This document shows, one piece after another, positions 39,141 to 48,069 of a DNA stretch of 64,000 nucleotides. Position numbers and translations under genes: made by a program. The stretch is taken from contig JAHFDN010000005.1 in assembly GCA_023248995.1 (NCBI GenBank), forward strand, positions 2,341-66,340. The letters are read 5' to 3'. The notes beneath the pieces were generated by a model. The model was not told the origin of the DNA, did not search any database, and saw only the letters and a list, made by a program, of their open reading frames with translations. The stretch is from Candidatus Rokuibacteriota bacterium (GTDB taxonomy: Bacteria > Methylomirabilota > Methylomirabilia > Rokubacteriales > CSP1-6). The stretch's first letter is position 1; each line of letters begins with the position of its first letter.

Positions 39141-39873
39141 GGGCGTGGCGATCCTGTCCCTCCTCGCCCAGGGCTGCGCGACGGTCTCCGTCGAGCGCGA
39201 GTCGCCGCCGGGGGTGGGCCGCCTTGCCTCCCACAAGGGCCGGGCGGGACTCGTGATCGGGGCGCCCCACGGGACGACGGATGAGTACACTGACCGGATC
39301 AGCGCGGACCTCGCCCGCCGGACCGGCTTCGGGCTCGTGGTTGCGACGGGGTACAGCGACCTCGACGGCCGGCGCCGTCGCTTGAACGTCAATCGCCCGA
39401 CCGAGGGTGTGCCCGGGGGGTCGGCGGGCGAGGAGGTCTACACGGAGAGCGCCCGGGCCGTGTACGAGGCCTACCTGAGCCGGGTCAGGGAGGTCGCGCA
39501 GGGGCCGCTCGACCTCTACGTGGAAGTGCACGGCAACGTCCGGCCGGAAAGCGCGGGGCGGATCGAGATCGCGACCGTCGGGGTCAGCCGTGAGGACGCC
39601 TGGCGGCTCAGGGCCCTCCTGGAGCTGCTTCGCGACGCTCACCTCGGGGAAGACTCGAACGTGCCGCGCCTCGAGGTGCTGGTGGAACCGCTCGACCGGC
39701 TCTACTGGACGGCGTCGGCCGTCAAGCAGGTGGGGATCCTGAGGCTGCCCAGGCAGGCGATCCACATGGAGCTGCCCCGGGCCGCGCGGACTCTCGGGCG
39801 GGAGGTCTATACCGACGTGCTGACCGAATTTTTGACGGAGGCATCCCGCCTCCTCCTGAGCGAGGGTCGCTAG
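39124..39873 (+). CDS. Hypothetical lipoprotein
   Basis: Lipobox (LLAQGCA) followed by a conserved-looking region (GAPHGTTDEYTD...). No family could be assigned. It overlaps the acpS 3' end. Confidence 0.45.
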   Translation: MRGLARGVAILSLLAQGCATVSVERESPPGVGRLASHKGRAGLVIGAPHGTTDEYTDRISADLARRTGFGLVVATGYSDLDGRRRRLNVNRPTEGVPGGSAGEEVYTESARAVYEAYLSRVREVAQGPLDLYVEVHGNVRPESAGRIEIATVGVSREDAWRLRALLELLRDAHLGEDSNVPRLEVLVEPLDRLYWTASAVKQVGILRLPRQAIHMELPRAARTLGREVYTDVLTEFLTEASRLLLSEGR

Positions 39874-39877
39874 CGCC

Positions 39878-41437
39878 GTGCTGCCGGTGTTCACCGCGGA
39901 GGAGATGCGCCGTCTGGACCGGCGGGCCATCGCGGAGCTGGGCATGGCCGGGACGGCGCTCATGGAAGCGGCCGGGAGCGGGGCAGCCCGCGAGATCCGG
40001 TCGGTCTTCGGTCCCCTCCGCGGGCAGTCGGTGGTGATTGTCTGCGGCAAGGGCAGTAACGGCGGCGACGGCTTCGTCGTGGCACGCCACCTTCAGAAGG
40101 GCGGGGCGCGGCTCGGCGTCTTTGTCCTGGGACGAGTGCCTGAGGTCAAGGGCGACGCGGCCGCCAAGCTCCGCGAGTTCCAGCGGGGGCGGGGCAGGGT
40201 GACGGAGGTCACCGGCGAAGGCACCCTGCCGGCCGTCGGGCGGGCGCTCCGGGGCGCGGATTTAGTCGTGGATGCGCTCCTGGGCACGGGGCTCGCGGGC
40301 CCTGCCGAGGGAGTGATCGCCCGGGCCATCGAGGCGATCAACGCGAGCGGCCGTCCCGTCGTCGCCCTGGATCTCCCCTCGGGGCTTTCCTCCGACGGCG
40401 GGGCGCTCCTGGGCCCGACCGTCACCGCCACCCTCACCACGACGTTCGCCGGGCTCAAGCGGGGCCTCGTCCTCTACCCCGGCGCCGCCCGTGCAGGAGA
40501 GGTGCGCGTCGTTTCCATCGGGATTCCTCCCGCCGAGGTTCCCGAGGGGATTTCCGTCTTCCTCCTCGAGGCCTCTGACATCCGTCCGCTCTTCCCGCCG
40601 CGCGCCCCCGACGCGCACAAGGGGATCTTCGGCCACCTGCTGGTCGTCGCGGGCTCTGTCGGGAAGACCGGGGCGGCGGCCCTCGCCGGTCGGGGCGCGC
40701 TCAGAAGTGGGGCGGGGCTCGTGACGATCGCCTGCCCCGCGAGCCAGCAGCCCGTCGTGGCCGCGCTCGGCATGGAGACGATGACCGAGCCCCTTGTCGA
40801 GACGCCCTCCCAGTCGCTCGCCCTCAAGGCCAAGGAGCGGATCCAGGAACTGGCGGCGCGGATGGAGGCCGTCGCGCTCGGGCCCGGCATCTCCCTCGAC
40901 CCCGAGACCCAGGCGCTCGTCCGCGAACTGGTGACGGAGCTCGCGCGTCCTCTCGTGGTGGATGCCGATGGCCTCACGGCCCTGGCCGGGCACGTGGACC
41001 TCTTGAGACATGCGCGCGCACCCCGGTGCCTGACGCCCCATCCCGGGGAGATGGCGCGGATGCTGGGGAGGCCCGTCGCCGAGGTCCAGGCTGATCGGAT
41101 CGAGACCGTGAAGAGCTTCTGCCAGCGCTACGGCGCCTTCGTGGCGCTCAAGGGCGCCAGGACCGTCATCGGCGACCCGCGCGGGCGGATCTTCCTGAAC
41201 CCGACGGGCAATCCGGGGATGGCGAGCGGCGGCGCGGGCGATGTCTTGACGGGCATGGTCGGCGCCTTCCTCGCCCGCGGGATGGAACCCCTCGAAGCGC
41301 TCCAGGCGGGGGTGTATCTCCACGGGCTCGCCGGGGACCTGGCGCGGAGCGAGATAGGCGAGGAGGGGCTGATCGCCGGCGACATCGCGGAGGCGATTCC
41401 GGGGGCGATCACCCAGGTCCGGCGTGGCGGCGGCTAA
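39878..41437 (+). CDS. nnr: Bifunctional NAD(P)H-hydrate repair enzyme Nnr (epimerase + ADP-dependent dehydratase)
   Basis: An N-terminal YjeF_N domain (…VCGKGSNGGDGFVVARHL) and a C-terminal carbohydrate-kinase-like domain (…GGAGDVLTGMVGAFLA). Confidence 0.85.
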   Translation: MLPVFTAEEMRRLDRRAIAELGMAGTALMEAAGSGAAREIRSVFGPLRGQSVVIVCGKGSNGGDGFVVARHLQKGGARLGVFVLGRVPEVKGDAAAKLREFQRGRGRVTEVTGEGTLPAVGRALRGADLVVDALLGTGLAGPAEGVIARAIEAINASGRPVVALDLPSGLSSDGGALLGPTVTATLTTTFAGLKRGLVLYPGAARAGEVRVVSIGIPPAEVPEGISVFLLEASDIRPLFPPRAPDAHKGIFGHLLVVAGSVGKTGAAALAGRGALRSGAGLVTIACPASQQPVVAALGMETMTEPLVETPSQSLALKAKERIQELAARMEAVALGPGISLDPETQALVRELVTELARPLVVDADGLTALAGHVDLLRHARAPRCLTPHPGEMARMLGRPVAEVQADRIETVKSFCQRYGAFVALKGARTVIGDPRGRIFLNPTGNPGMASGGAGDVLTGMVGAFLARGMEPLEALQAGVYLHGLAGDLARSEIGEEGLIAGDIAEAIPGAITQVRRGGG

Positions 41438-41873
41438 GCTGCGCTACGAGAGCCGGAGTCCCGAGGAGACGCAGCGGATCGGCGAAGCCCTCGGCCGGCG
41501 GCTCAGAGCCGGCGACGTCGTGGCCACGATCGGGGAGCTGGGAACGGGGAAGACCTGCTTTCTCCAGGGTCTCGTGCGGGGCCTGGGGGTTGAGGAGCCG
41601 GCCACGAGTCCGACCTTCGTTCTGCTGAGCCACTACCGCGGGCGGTTGCCCGTGCATCACCTCGACGCCTACCGGACCGGGAGTCTCGACGAGCTCCTCG
41701 ACTTGGGCCTGGAGGAGTTTTTTTACGGGGACGGCGTGACGATGGTGGAGTGGGCCGACAAGTGTCTGCCGCTCCTTCCCTCCCACACGATCACGGTCAG
41801 GATCTCCGGGCTCGGCGGCGAGCCGCGCGAGATCGTGATCGAGGGGCTGCCCGAGGACGTATCGCTCTCGTGA
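41424..41873 (+). CDS. tsaE: tRNA threonylcarbamoyladenosine biosynthesis protein TsaE
   Basis: P-loop GELGTGKTCFLQG. The size (149 aa) and HHLDAYR motif are consistent with TsaE. Confidence 0.8.
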   Translation: MAAAKLRYESRSPEETQRIGEALGRRLRAGDVVATIGELGTGKTCFLQGLVRGLGVEEPATSPTFVLLSHYRGRLPVHHLDAYRTGSLDELLDLGLEEFFYGDGVTMVEWADKCLPLLPSHTITVRISGLGGEPREIVIEGLPEDVSLS

Positions 41874-41917
41874 CATTGACGGGCCCGGGCCGGCGTGCTA
41901 CGAGGCTCGGTGACCGT

Positions 41918-42610
41918 ATGAGCCCCGCCCGACGCATGCGCGACTGGCCTCCGGAGGAGCGCCCCCGGGAGCGACTCTACCGGAAAGGCCCGGACTCCCT
42001 GGCCGACGCCGAGCTTCTCGCCCTTCAGCTGGGCACCGGCACTCGGGGTCAAACGGCGGTGGACGTCGCCCGGGAGATGCTCGCCCGCTACGGCTCGCTG
42101 TCGGGCTTGGCCCGGCGGGATGTGGCGGAGCTCACTCGGATCCCCGGGGTCGGGCGCGCCAAAGCGGTGAGGCTGGCCGCGACCTTCGAGCTGACCCGGC
42201 GCCTCCGGTCCCGCGGCACCGACGGTAAGGTCACACTGGGAAGTCCCGAGCGCGTCTACGCCCACTTCGGCCCGCTGATGGAGGACCTTCGGAAGGAAGT
42301 GTTCCGGGTGGTCCTCCTCGACGCTCAAAACGGGCTCATCAAGGACGTGGTGGTCTCGGAGGGGACGCTCTCGGCGAGCCTGGTTCACCCCCGGGAGGTC
42401 TTCAGGCCCGCCATCCTCGAGTCGGCGGCCTCGCTGATCCTGCTGCACAATCACCCGAGCGGAGACCCAACGCCGAGCCGCGAGGACCTGCGCCTCACGC
42501 GCCAGCTGGCCGAATGTGGCAGGCTCCTGGACCTGAGGATCCACGACCATGTCGTCCTGGGCCAGGGCCGGTTCGTCAGCCTTGCCCAGCGGGGTATCCT
42601 GGAGGCATGA
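41918..42610 (+). CDS. radC: RadC-like JAB/MPN domain protein
   Basis: A helix-hairpin-helix region (…IPGVGRAKAVRLAA…) followed by the JAMM motif HNHPSGDPTPSREDLRLT. Confidence 0.8.
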   Translation: MSPARRMRDWPPEERPRERLYRKGPDSLADAELLALQLGTGTRGQTAVDVAREMLARYGSLSGLARRDVAELTRIPGVGRAKAVRLAATFELTRRLRSRGTDGKVTLGSPERVYAHFGPLMEDLRKEVFRVVLLDAQNGLIKDVVVSEGTLSASLVHPREVFRPAILESAASLILLHNHPSGDPTPSREDLRLTRQLAECGRLLDLRIHDHVVLGQGRFVSLAQRGILEA

Positions 42611-42640
42611 ACGTGCAGGGCGTGGCGATCCGGGCGGCCT

Positions 42641-42883
42641 CTAGCCCTTGGCCAGCTTTTCGACCTCCCGCTTCGGCATCGCCTGGATCCGGCTCAGGAG
42701 CGACTTCACCTTCCGCTCCGATGCGTGGTCGGCCAGGATCAGCTTCTTGGACTTGGTTCCGGTGTCGATGTAAGCGACCCAGTCATCCAGATTCGGCGTC
42801 CCCCGCCACGCGATCGTGAGCCCGCTGAGCTTTAAGCGACGCCGTCCCTCGATCTTCGCGAGGGGTTTCCTGCTGGCCTCCAT
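42641..42883 (-). CDS. Hypothetical small basic protein (80 aa)
   Basis: An intact ORF with markedly lower GC than its surroundings. No recognisable family. It lies downstream of the DnaA-box array. Confidence 0.35.
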   Translation of the reverse strand: MEASRKPLAKIEGRRRLKLSGLTIAWRGTPNLDDWVAYIDTGTKSKKLILADHASERKVKSLLSRIQAMPKREVEKLAKG

Positions 42884-43157
42884 GAGCGATCTCCCTCACG
42901 CCTGCGTCACGACGTTCACCGCTCGCAAAAAACTGACTCGCTGAGCATGAGATCGACAACGGCACAACACTATTGGCGCGCAAAAAAATTGTCAAGGGCT
43001 CGTTTCGCCGCATTCGGCGCGACTTCGCGCGGGGTGCCCTCGCGGAAGCCTTACCAGATCGGCGAATTTTCGCGCCCCCCTCGCGTGTGGACGGCAGGAC
43101 CGGCATTTGCGGCGCGCCTCGTCCCGAGAGCGCGTCAGGACGCGCAAATTCGGCGAT

Positions 43158-43195
43158 TGTGGATTCGTGTGGATAAGTGGATAACCTGTGGGTAT
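43158..43195 (+). promoter_or_regulatory. Array of four directly repeated, helically phased DnaA-box-like 9-mers
   Basis: TGTGGATTC (43158), TGTGGATAA (43168, a perfect match to the TTATCCACA complement), AGTGGATAA (43176) and TGTGGGTAT (43187). All are in the same orientation with 9-10 bp spacing. They sit inside a ~310-bp low-GC intergenic region. Confidence 0.45.
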
Positions 43196-44262
43196 CACCG
43201 GGAGGTCTCTCGGCTCCGGAGGTCGTCGAGACGCTCGAGCCCCTGCCGATCGAGCTCCTCGGAGAGCCTGTCCAGGATTCGACGCGCGAGGAGGGGGCCC
43301 TTCGTGACGAATCCCGTGAAGTAGCCGCAAGCGTTGGCCCCTGCTAGGAGTAATGACAGCGCCTTGTCTGGTGCGTCCACGCCCCCTGTGGCGATGATCT
43401 GGAGCTTTTCCCCGAACCGCCGGCGGATTCGGCGCACACTGTCAAGGGTGTCGGGGAAGAGCTCCGGGCCCGACAACCCGCCCGCCCCCTGGGAGAGGCG
43501 GGGCTCGGCGACGCGGCGGGTGTTGCCGTAGTTCACGATGCGGATCCCGTGGGCCAGGGCGGCGGGAATGATGGCTTCTTCGTTCCTCGCGCGGAAGTCG
43601 GGCGAGAGCTTGACGATCAGGGGCATGGCCGTGGCCCCGCGGACGGCTTTGAAGAGGGATGTCACCCCGTCCGGGCTCTGGCTCCACTGGTAGACCAGGG
43701 CGGTGTTGGGAGAGGAGATGTTGAGCTCGACCAGGTCCCCGAGCGAGCCGAGCTCGTGCACGAGCCTCACGTACTCCTCGATGGATTCGCCCGCCACCGA
43801 CACGATCAGCGGCACACGGCGGGGGAGCGCGGCGAGGGCCACCCGGTAGGCGTGGAGACCGGGGTTCTTGAACCCGTTACAGTTGATCAGGCCCGGGCCC
43901 GCGCCCGTCTCGATCCTGACGAGGTTCGGCTCGGGGTGCCCTGGGCGCGGGGAGACCGTGACGCTCTTGGTCGTCACCGCGCCGAACCCGAGCCCCATCG
44001 CCCGCCGGAGGATGGCGAGGTCCTCGTACATCGAGGAGAGGATCAGCGGGTTCGGGAGCCGCACGCCGCCGAGCATGACGGCGAGCCGCGGATCGCGCGA
44101 GCGGAAGAGGGGAAGGCGGTCCAGCGGAAGCCACCGGAGGGTCGCCTGACCGAGCGCGACCGCGGCGGGCTCCGGGAGCCGGCAGAAGAGGCCGCGGTAG
44201 ATCGCCCCGTAGATCCGATCGGCGACGCGCGCCATGGCCTCGCCTCCCCGGGGAGGATACAC
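43195..44262 (-). CDS. Dihydroorotate dehydrogenase-like flavoprotein (PyrD class 1 / dihydropyrimidine dehydrogenase family)
   Basis: TIM-barrel FMN-binding motifs (…NCNGFKNPG…, …GGVDAPDKALSLLLAGANA…). The start is at 44262, or possibly the ATG at 44235. Confidence 0.65.
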   Translation of the reverse strand: MYPPRGGEAMARVADRIYGAIYRGLFCRLPEPAAVALGQATLRWLPLDRLPLFRSRDPRLAVMLGGVRLPNPLILSSMYEDLAILRRAMGLGFGAVTTKSVTVSPRPGHPEPNLVRIETGAGPGLINCNGFKNPGLHAYRVALAALPRRVPLIVSVAGESIEEYVRLVHELGSLGDLVELNISSPNTALVYQWSQSPDGVTSLFKAVRGATAMPLIVKLSPDFRARNEEAIIPAALAHGIRIVNYGNTRRVAEPRLSQGAGGLSGPELFPDTLDSVRRIRRRFGEKLQIIATGGVDAPDKALSLLLAGANACGYFTGFVTKGPLLARRILDRLSEELDRQGLERLDDLRSRETSR

Positions 44263-44291
44263 TAGGGCCGGGAGGGCAGCAAGCAGCCGCC

Positions 44292-44780
44292 GTGGCGCCG
44301 CCGGACCGCTTCGTGATCGACACCATGCTGGGGAAACTCGCGCGGTGGCTCCGCGCTCTCGGCTACGATGCGCTCTACTTCAGGGCCGCCGAGGACCGCC
44401 AGCTGCTGCGCCTGGCCCGCGCCGAGGGGCGGACGCTCCTCACGCGCGACGCGAAGCTCGCCCGCCTGGCCGGGTCGGGAGGTCTCCTGATCCGCGCGAA
44501 CGAGGTGGAGGTGCAGATCGCCGAGGTGGTCGAGCGCCTGACCCTCGCCCCGGGCCGTGAGAACCTCCTCTCGCGCTGTCTCGAGTGCAACACGCCGCTC
44601 GAGGATCGCCCGAAGGAGACCGTCAGGGGACTCGTGCCGGAGCACGTCTTCGCGACCCAGGAGCGTTTCGTCGGCTGCCCCGGCTGCGCTCGCATCTACT
44701 GGCAGGGGAGCCACGCCGACCGCATCCTGGCGCGCCTGGAGAAGGTGCTGGAGCCCCCGAGCGATTCGACGCGGGCTTGA
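44292..44780 (+). CDS. Mut7-C RNase domain (DUF82) protein
   Basis: N-terminal FVIDTMLGKLARWLRALGYD and C-terminal CxxC...CPGC zinc-ribbon match the Mut7-C family. Confidence 0.7.
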   Translation: MAPPDRFVIDTMLGKLARWLRALGYDALYFRAAEDRQLLRLARAEGRTLLTRDAKLARLAGSGGLLIRANEVEVQIAEVVERLTLAPGRENLLSRCLECNTPLEDRPKETVRGLVPEHVFATQERFVGCPGCARIYWQGSHADRILARLEKVLEPPSDSTRA

Positions 44781-44818
44781 TTTCGCGAGGGCGCTTTGCT
44801 AAGGTGGGACTCCCTTAC

Positions 44819-44894
44819 GGACGATTAGCTCAGTTGGCAGAGCGCTGGCCTCACATGCCAGAGGTCGCAGGTTCAAGTCCTGCATCGTCCACCA
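44819..44894 (+). tRNA. tRNA-Val (anticodon CAC)
   Basis: Cloverleaf read by hand: acceptor GGACGAT/ATCGTCC, D-arm TAGCTCAGTTGGCAGAGCG, anticodon stem CTGGC/GCCAG with loop CTCACAT (anticodon CAC), and T-arm GGTTCAAGTCC. An encoded CCA is present. Confidence 0.85.
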
Positions 44895-44926
44895 TCGAAC
44901 GCGAGCGCTTCCCGCAGAGGTGACCG

Positions 44927-46954
44927 ATGGCCGCCTCCTTAGAGCCCCTTTTCCGTCCCGAGCGGATCGCGGTCATCGGCGCATCGGCCAATCCCGAGAA
45001 GATGGGCTTCCAGATCTTCCGGAATATCCGGGACGCCGGCTTCGCGGGAGAGATCATCCCGGTCAACCCCAAAGGGGAGGAGATTCTGGGGAGGGCGTCC
45101 GTCCGGTCGGTCGAGAATCTCCCGGCGGGCGTTGACCTGGCGGTCGTCATCATCCCGGCGAAGATCGTTCCGGGCACCATCCTCCAGCTGGGCGAGCGGA
45201 ACGTCCGCGCGGCGATCGTTATCAGCGGCGGCTTCGCGGAGTCCGGGGAGGACGGGGCCGCCCTCCAGGAAGAGCTGGCCCGGAATGCCGCCCGGTGCGG
45301 CATCCGGCTGGTGGGCCCGAACTGCCAGGGCGTCAACTACCCGTACCACAACGTGTGCGCGTCGTGGCCGCTCATCACCAAAAGAGGCGAGATCGCGATC
45401 GCCTCGCAGAGCGGCACGGTCGGTGCGGCGCTGAGCGACTGGGCGTCCGAGGACGGCATCGGGTTCTCCGCGTTTGTGAGCATGGGGAACCGGGCCGACG
45501 TGGACGAAGCCGACCTGATCGACTTTTTCGCCGGCGACCCGAACACGAAAGTGGTCGCCCTGTACATCGAGGGGGTGAAGGACGCGGGGAAGTTCCTCGC
45601 GGCCGTGCGGAACTGCCGGAAGCCCATCGTGATCTTCAAGGCCGGGCGCACGGAGCGGGGCCGGAAGGCGGCCGAGTCACACACCCGGTCCCTCGCCGGC
45701 AGCGACGCGGTCTACGACGGGGTCTTCCGGCAGTTCGGCGTGCACCGCGCCTCCACCCTGGAGGAGCTGTACGACTTCGCCAAGGCGCTGGCCTACCTTC
45801 CCGCCCCGGCGGGCCCGCGGATGCTGATCGTCACCAGCTCCGGCGGCGCGGCCATCATCGCGACCGACGTCGCCGAAGAGGAGGGGTTCAGCGTGAGCCC
45901 GCTCCCGCCGGCCCTGGCGGAGAGGTTGCGGGAGATTCTCCCGTCGTACTGCATCGTCGGCAACCCGCTCGACCTGACCGGCGATACCGATGCCGAACGC
46001 TACCGGAAGGTCCTCGCGGCGGCGGACGGGCACTACGACGTGGTCATGTCCATCTTCGGCGACCCGATCCCCGGAGCGACCGCCGTCGTGCGCCCCGGCA
46101 GGTGCGATCTGGTGGCCTACCTGGGCGGGGCGGAGGTGGAGCGGGCGGAGCGGCGGCTTCTGCACGAAAAGAAAATCGCGGTCTTCCCCACGCCCGAGCG
46201 GGCGGTCCGCGCCCTCGCCTGCCATGCGCGCGTTGATCGCGCGAGGTTCCCTCGGGAGTCCGACCGGCCGCAAATCCCGCCACCCGCCCCCGGGGGCGGG
46301 CAGGGGCTCTCGCCGGCAGAGTCCATGGACCTCCTCGCCCGGAACGGATTCCCGGTGGTCCCGTTCCAGCGGGCGGGGACGGCGGAGGAGGCAGTCGCGG
46401 CGGCCCGGCAGATCGGCTTTCCGGTCGCCGTGAAGATGAACTCGCTCGACGTGACCCACAAGAGCGACGTCGGCGGGGTCGTCCTCGGTGTGCCCGGTGA
46501 GGCGGACGTGCGGAAGGCGTTTCATGCCATCGGCGAGATCGTGAGCCGGCTCGGGGCGAGGGACGGCGGGGTTCTCGTGAGCGCGATGGCGCCTCCCGGA
46601 CAGGAAGTCGTTGTCGGAGTCGCGAGAGACCTCCAGTTTGGCCACGCGGTGATGTTCGGGCTCGGGGGCGTCCTGGTGGAGGTTCTCCGGGACGTCGCGT
46701 TCCGGATCGTTCCGTTGAGCGAAGAGGATGCGGCGGAGATGATCGCGGAGATTCGGGGAGCGCGGGTCCTCCGAGGCGTTCGAGGGGGAAAGCCCGCCGA
46801 CGTGGCCGCTCTAGGCCGGCTGCTCGTGCAGGTGTCCGATCTGGTCTTGAAGTGCCCGGAGGTCGAGGAACTGGACCTCAATCCGGTGATCGTGCACGAA
46901 CACGGGCTGCGGATCGTGGATGCTCGGGTCGTCCTGGGAGGGCGCTCTTTCTAA
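44927..46954 (+). CDS. Acetate--CoA ligase (ADP-forming), fused alpha-beta (NDP-forming acyl-CoA synthetase family)
   Basis: 675 aa. An N-terminal CoA-binding / succinyl-CoA-synthetase-like domain (IAVIGASANPEKMGFQIF) is followed by a C-terminal ATP-grasp domain. Confidence 0.8.
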   Translation: MAASLEPLFRPERIAVIGASANPEKMGFQIFRNIRDAGFAGEIIPVNPKGEEILGRASVRSVENLPAGVDLAVVIIPAKIVPGTILQLGERNVRAAIVISGGFAESGEDGAALQEELARNAARCGIRLVGPNCQGVNYPYHNVCASWPLITKRGEIAIASQSGTVGAALSDWASEDGIGFSAFVSMGNRADVDEADLIDFFAGDPNTKVVALYIEGVKDAGKFLAAVRNCRKPIVIFKAGRTERGRKAAESHTRSLAGSDAVYDGVFRQFGVHRASTLEELYDFAKALAYLPAPAGPRMLIVTSSGGAAIIATDVAEEEGFSVSPLPPALAERLREILPSYCIVGNPLDLTGDTDAERYRKVLAAADGHYDVVMSIFGDPIPGATAVVRPGRCDLVAYLGGAEVERAERRLLHEKKIAVFPTPERAVRALACHARVDRARFPRESDRPQIPPPAPGGGQGLSPAESMDLLARNGFPVVPFQRAGTAEEAVAAARQIGFPVAVKMNSLDVTHKSDVGGVVLGVPGEADVRKAFHAIGEIVSRLGARDGGVLVSAMAPPGQEVVVGVARDLQFGHAVMFGLGGVLVEVLRDVAFRIVPLSEEDAAEMIAEIRGARVLRGVRGGKPADVAALGRLLVQVSDLVLKCPEVEELDLNPVIVHEHGLRIVDARVVLGGRSF

Positions 46955-47042
46955 CTCCTTGATTTTTCGCCCGATTGCCTCGTTAGCTTGCCCCGCCATG
47001 TCGCGAAGTCTACAATGAAATTTAAGTGTGCAGGTTGCTACG

Positions 47043-47156
47043 ATGCTGAACGCTTTGCTCATCGCCCTCGGGGGGGTCTTCGGAGAGCCCTTGCTGACCC
47101 TCCTCGTGATCCTGATCCTCATGCTGACGCTGGTCCTCGGCGGGGAGAAGGAATGA
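47043..47156 (+). CDS. Putative 37-aa hydrophobic peptide (MLNALLIALGGVFGEPLLTLLVILILMLTLVLGGEKE)
   Basis: Found by hand; it is below the ORF-track size cutoff. It is preceded by a sigma70-like promoter (TTGCCC-17-TACAAT, 46995-47023) in an otherwise empty 220-bp gap. Confidence 0.25.
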   Translation: MLNALLIALGGVFGEPLLTLLVILILMLTLVLGGEKE

Positions 47157-47174
47157 TCCCCCCGGTGCCGGGCG

Positions 47175-47903
47175 TCAGCACCCGTTGAGGAGCCGCAGGA
47201 ACTCCGCCAGCTCCGGCTGCGAGACGTCCGGCCACTGGCGCACCTTCTCCGAGACCTCGTCCGGACGCTCTTCGATCGCCCGCGTCACCCGCGCGAAGAC
47301 CTTGAGCAATTGCCGCGCCTCGCGGTCCGCCTTGGCCTGCGCGATCGGCCCGACCAGCGTGCCCGCGATCCTGAGGAAACGGCTGTTGAGCCTGACGTAG
47401 CCGGTGATGGTCGTGCTGACGAGCGTCCGTCCCGCGTCCGAGGGACGGAAGCCGTACTCCATGACGATCACGGCCTGTCCGTGGATGTCCGGCAGGAGCG
47501 GTTGCTCGAAGCGACCGCGCGCGAGCATGACGCGCACGCCGGGCTCACTGTGGACCACCTCGAAGTGTCCCTTGGCACCCCAGCCGTCGTCGAGAAAGAG
47601 GCCCTCGGAGGTGTGCCAGACACGGTACCGGGCGAGCCGGAGGGCCCGCGTCATGTGAGTGGCGAACTCGGGGTGATCCAGCAGGTATTCGAAGACGTCG
47701 GGCCGGCCGACGTAGGGCTCGGCCTCCATCCGCGTTGACACGAACGCGTTGTCGATGACCTCCTCGAGCTTGAGCCGCTCGGTCGGCCTGATCTGCTTCG
47801 GAAGCGAAAGGGCGGGCGGGGGTGCGGCAGCGGCCGCCGGCCAGAGCGCCAGGGCGGTGCCGAGGGCGAGCGGGGCGATGAGGGGACCGAAGCTCTGGCT
47901 CAT
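47175..47903 (-). CDS. Hypothetical secreted protein (signal peptide, 242 aa)
   Basis: The signal peptide is MSQSFGPLIAPLALGTALALWPAAAAAPP. The remainder has no assignable family. Confidence 0.5.
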   Translation of the reverse strand: MSQSFGPLIAPLALGTALALWPAAAAAPPPALSLPKQIRPTERLKLEEVIDNAFVSTRMEAEPYVGRPDVFEYLLDHPEFATHMTRALRLARYRVWHTSEGLFLDDGWGAKGHFEVVHSEPGVRVMLARGRFEQPLLPDIHGQAVIVMEYGFRPSDAGRTLVSTTITGYVRLNSRFLRIAGTLVGPIAQAKADREARQLLKVFARVTRAIEERPDEVSEKVRQWPDVSQPELAEFLRLLNGC

Positions 47904-47960
47904 GCGCCTCCATTAAACCATCCGGCGCGTTCGCGTTCCAACGTTGCCGGTCGCCAACTT

Positions 47961-47989
47961 TTGGTTTTCCGTCGATTCTCCCGTATAAT
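47961..47989 (+). promoter_or_regulatory. Sigma70-type promoter TTGGTT, 17 nt, TATAAT for the beta-propeller gene
   Basis: A perfect -10 hexamer TATAAT at 47984-47989 with a 17-nt spacer to TTGGTT. It lies in the divergent intergenic region. Confidence 0.5.
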
Positions 47990-48069
47990 TCCGCTCATAT
48001 CCGTGAGGGTCTGGAGCCGGGCCAGGGCCGTCACGGCCTCGGTCCAACCCCAAGGGAGCGCGGGCCGCC

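Noticed and set aside
42884-43194. Calling the low-GC islet the chromosomal origin (oriC) as an annotated feature
   Set aside because: There is no dnaA or dnaN nearby, and only one perfect DnaA box. Without GC-skew data this stays a hypothesis and is reported under findings.
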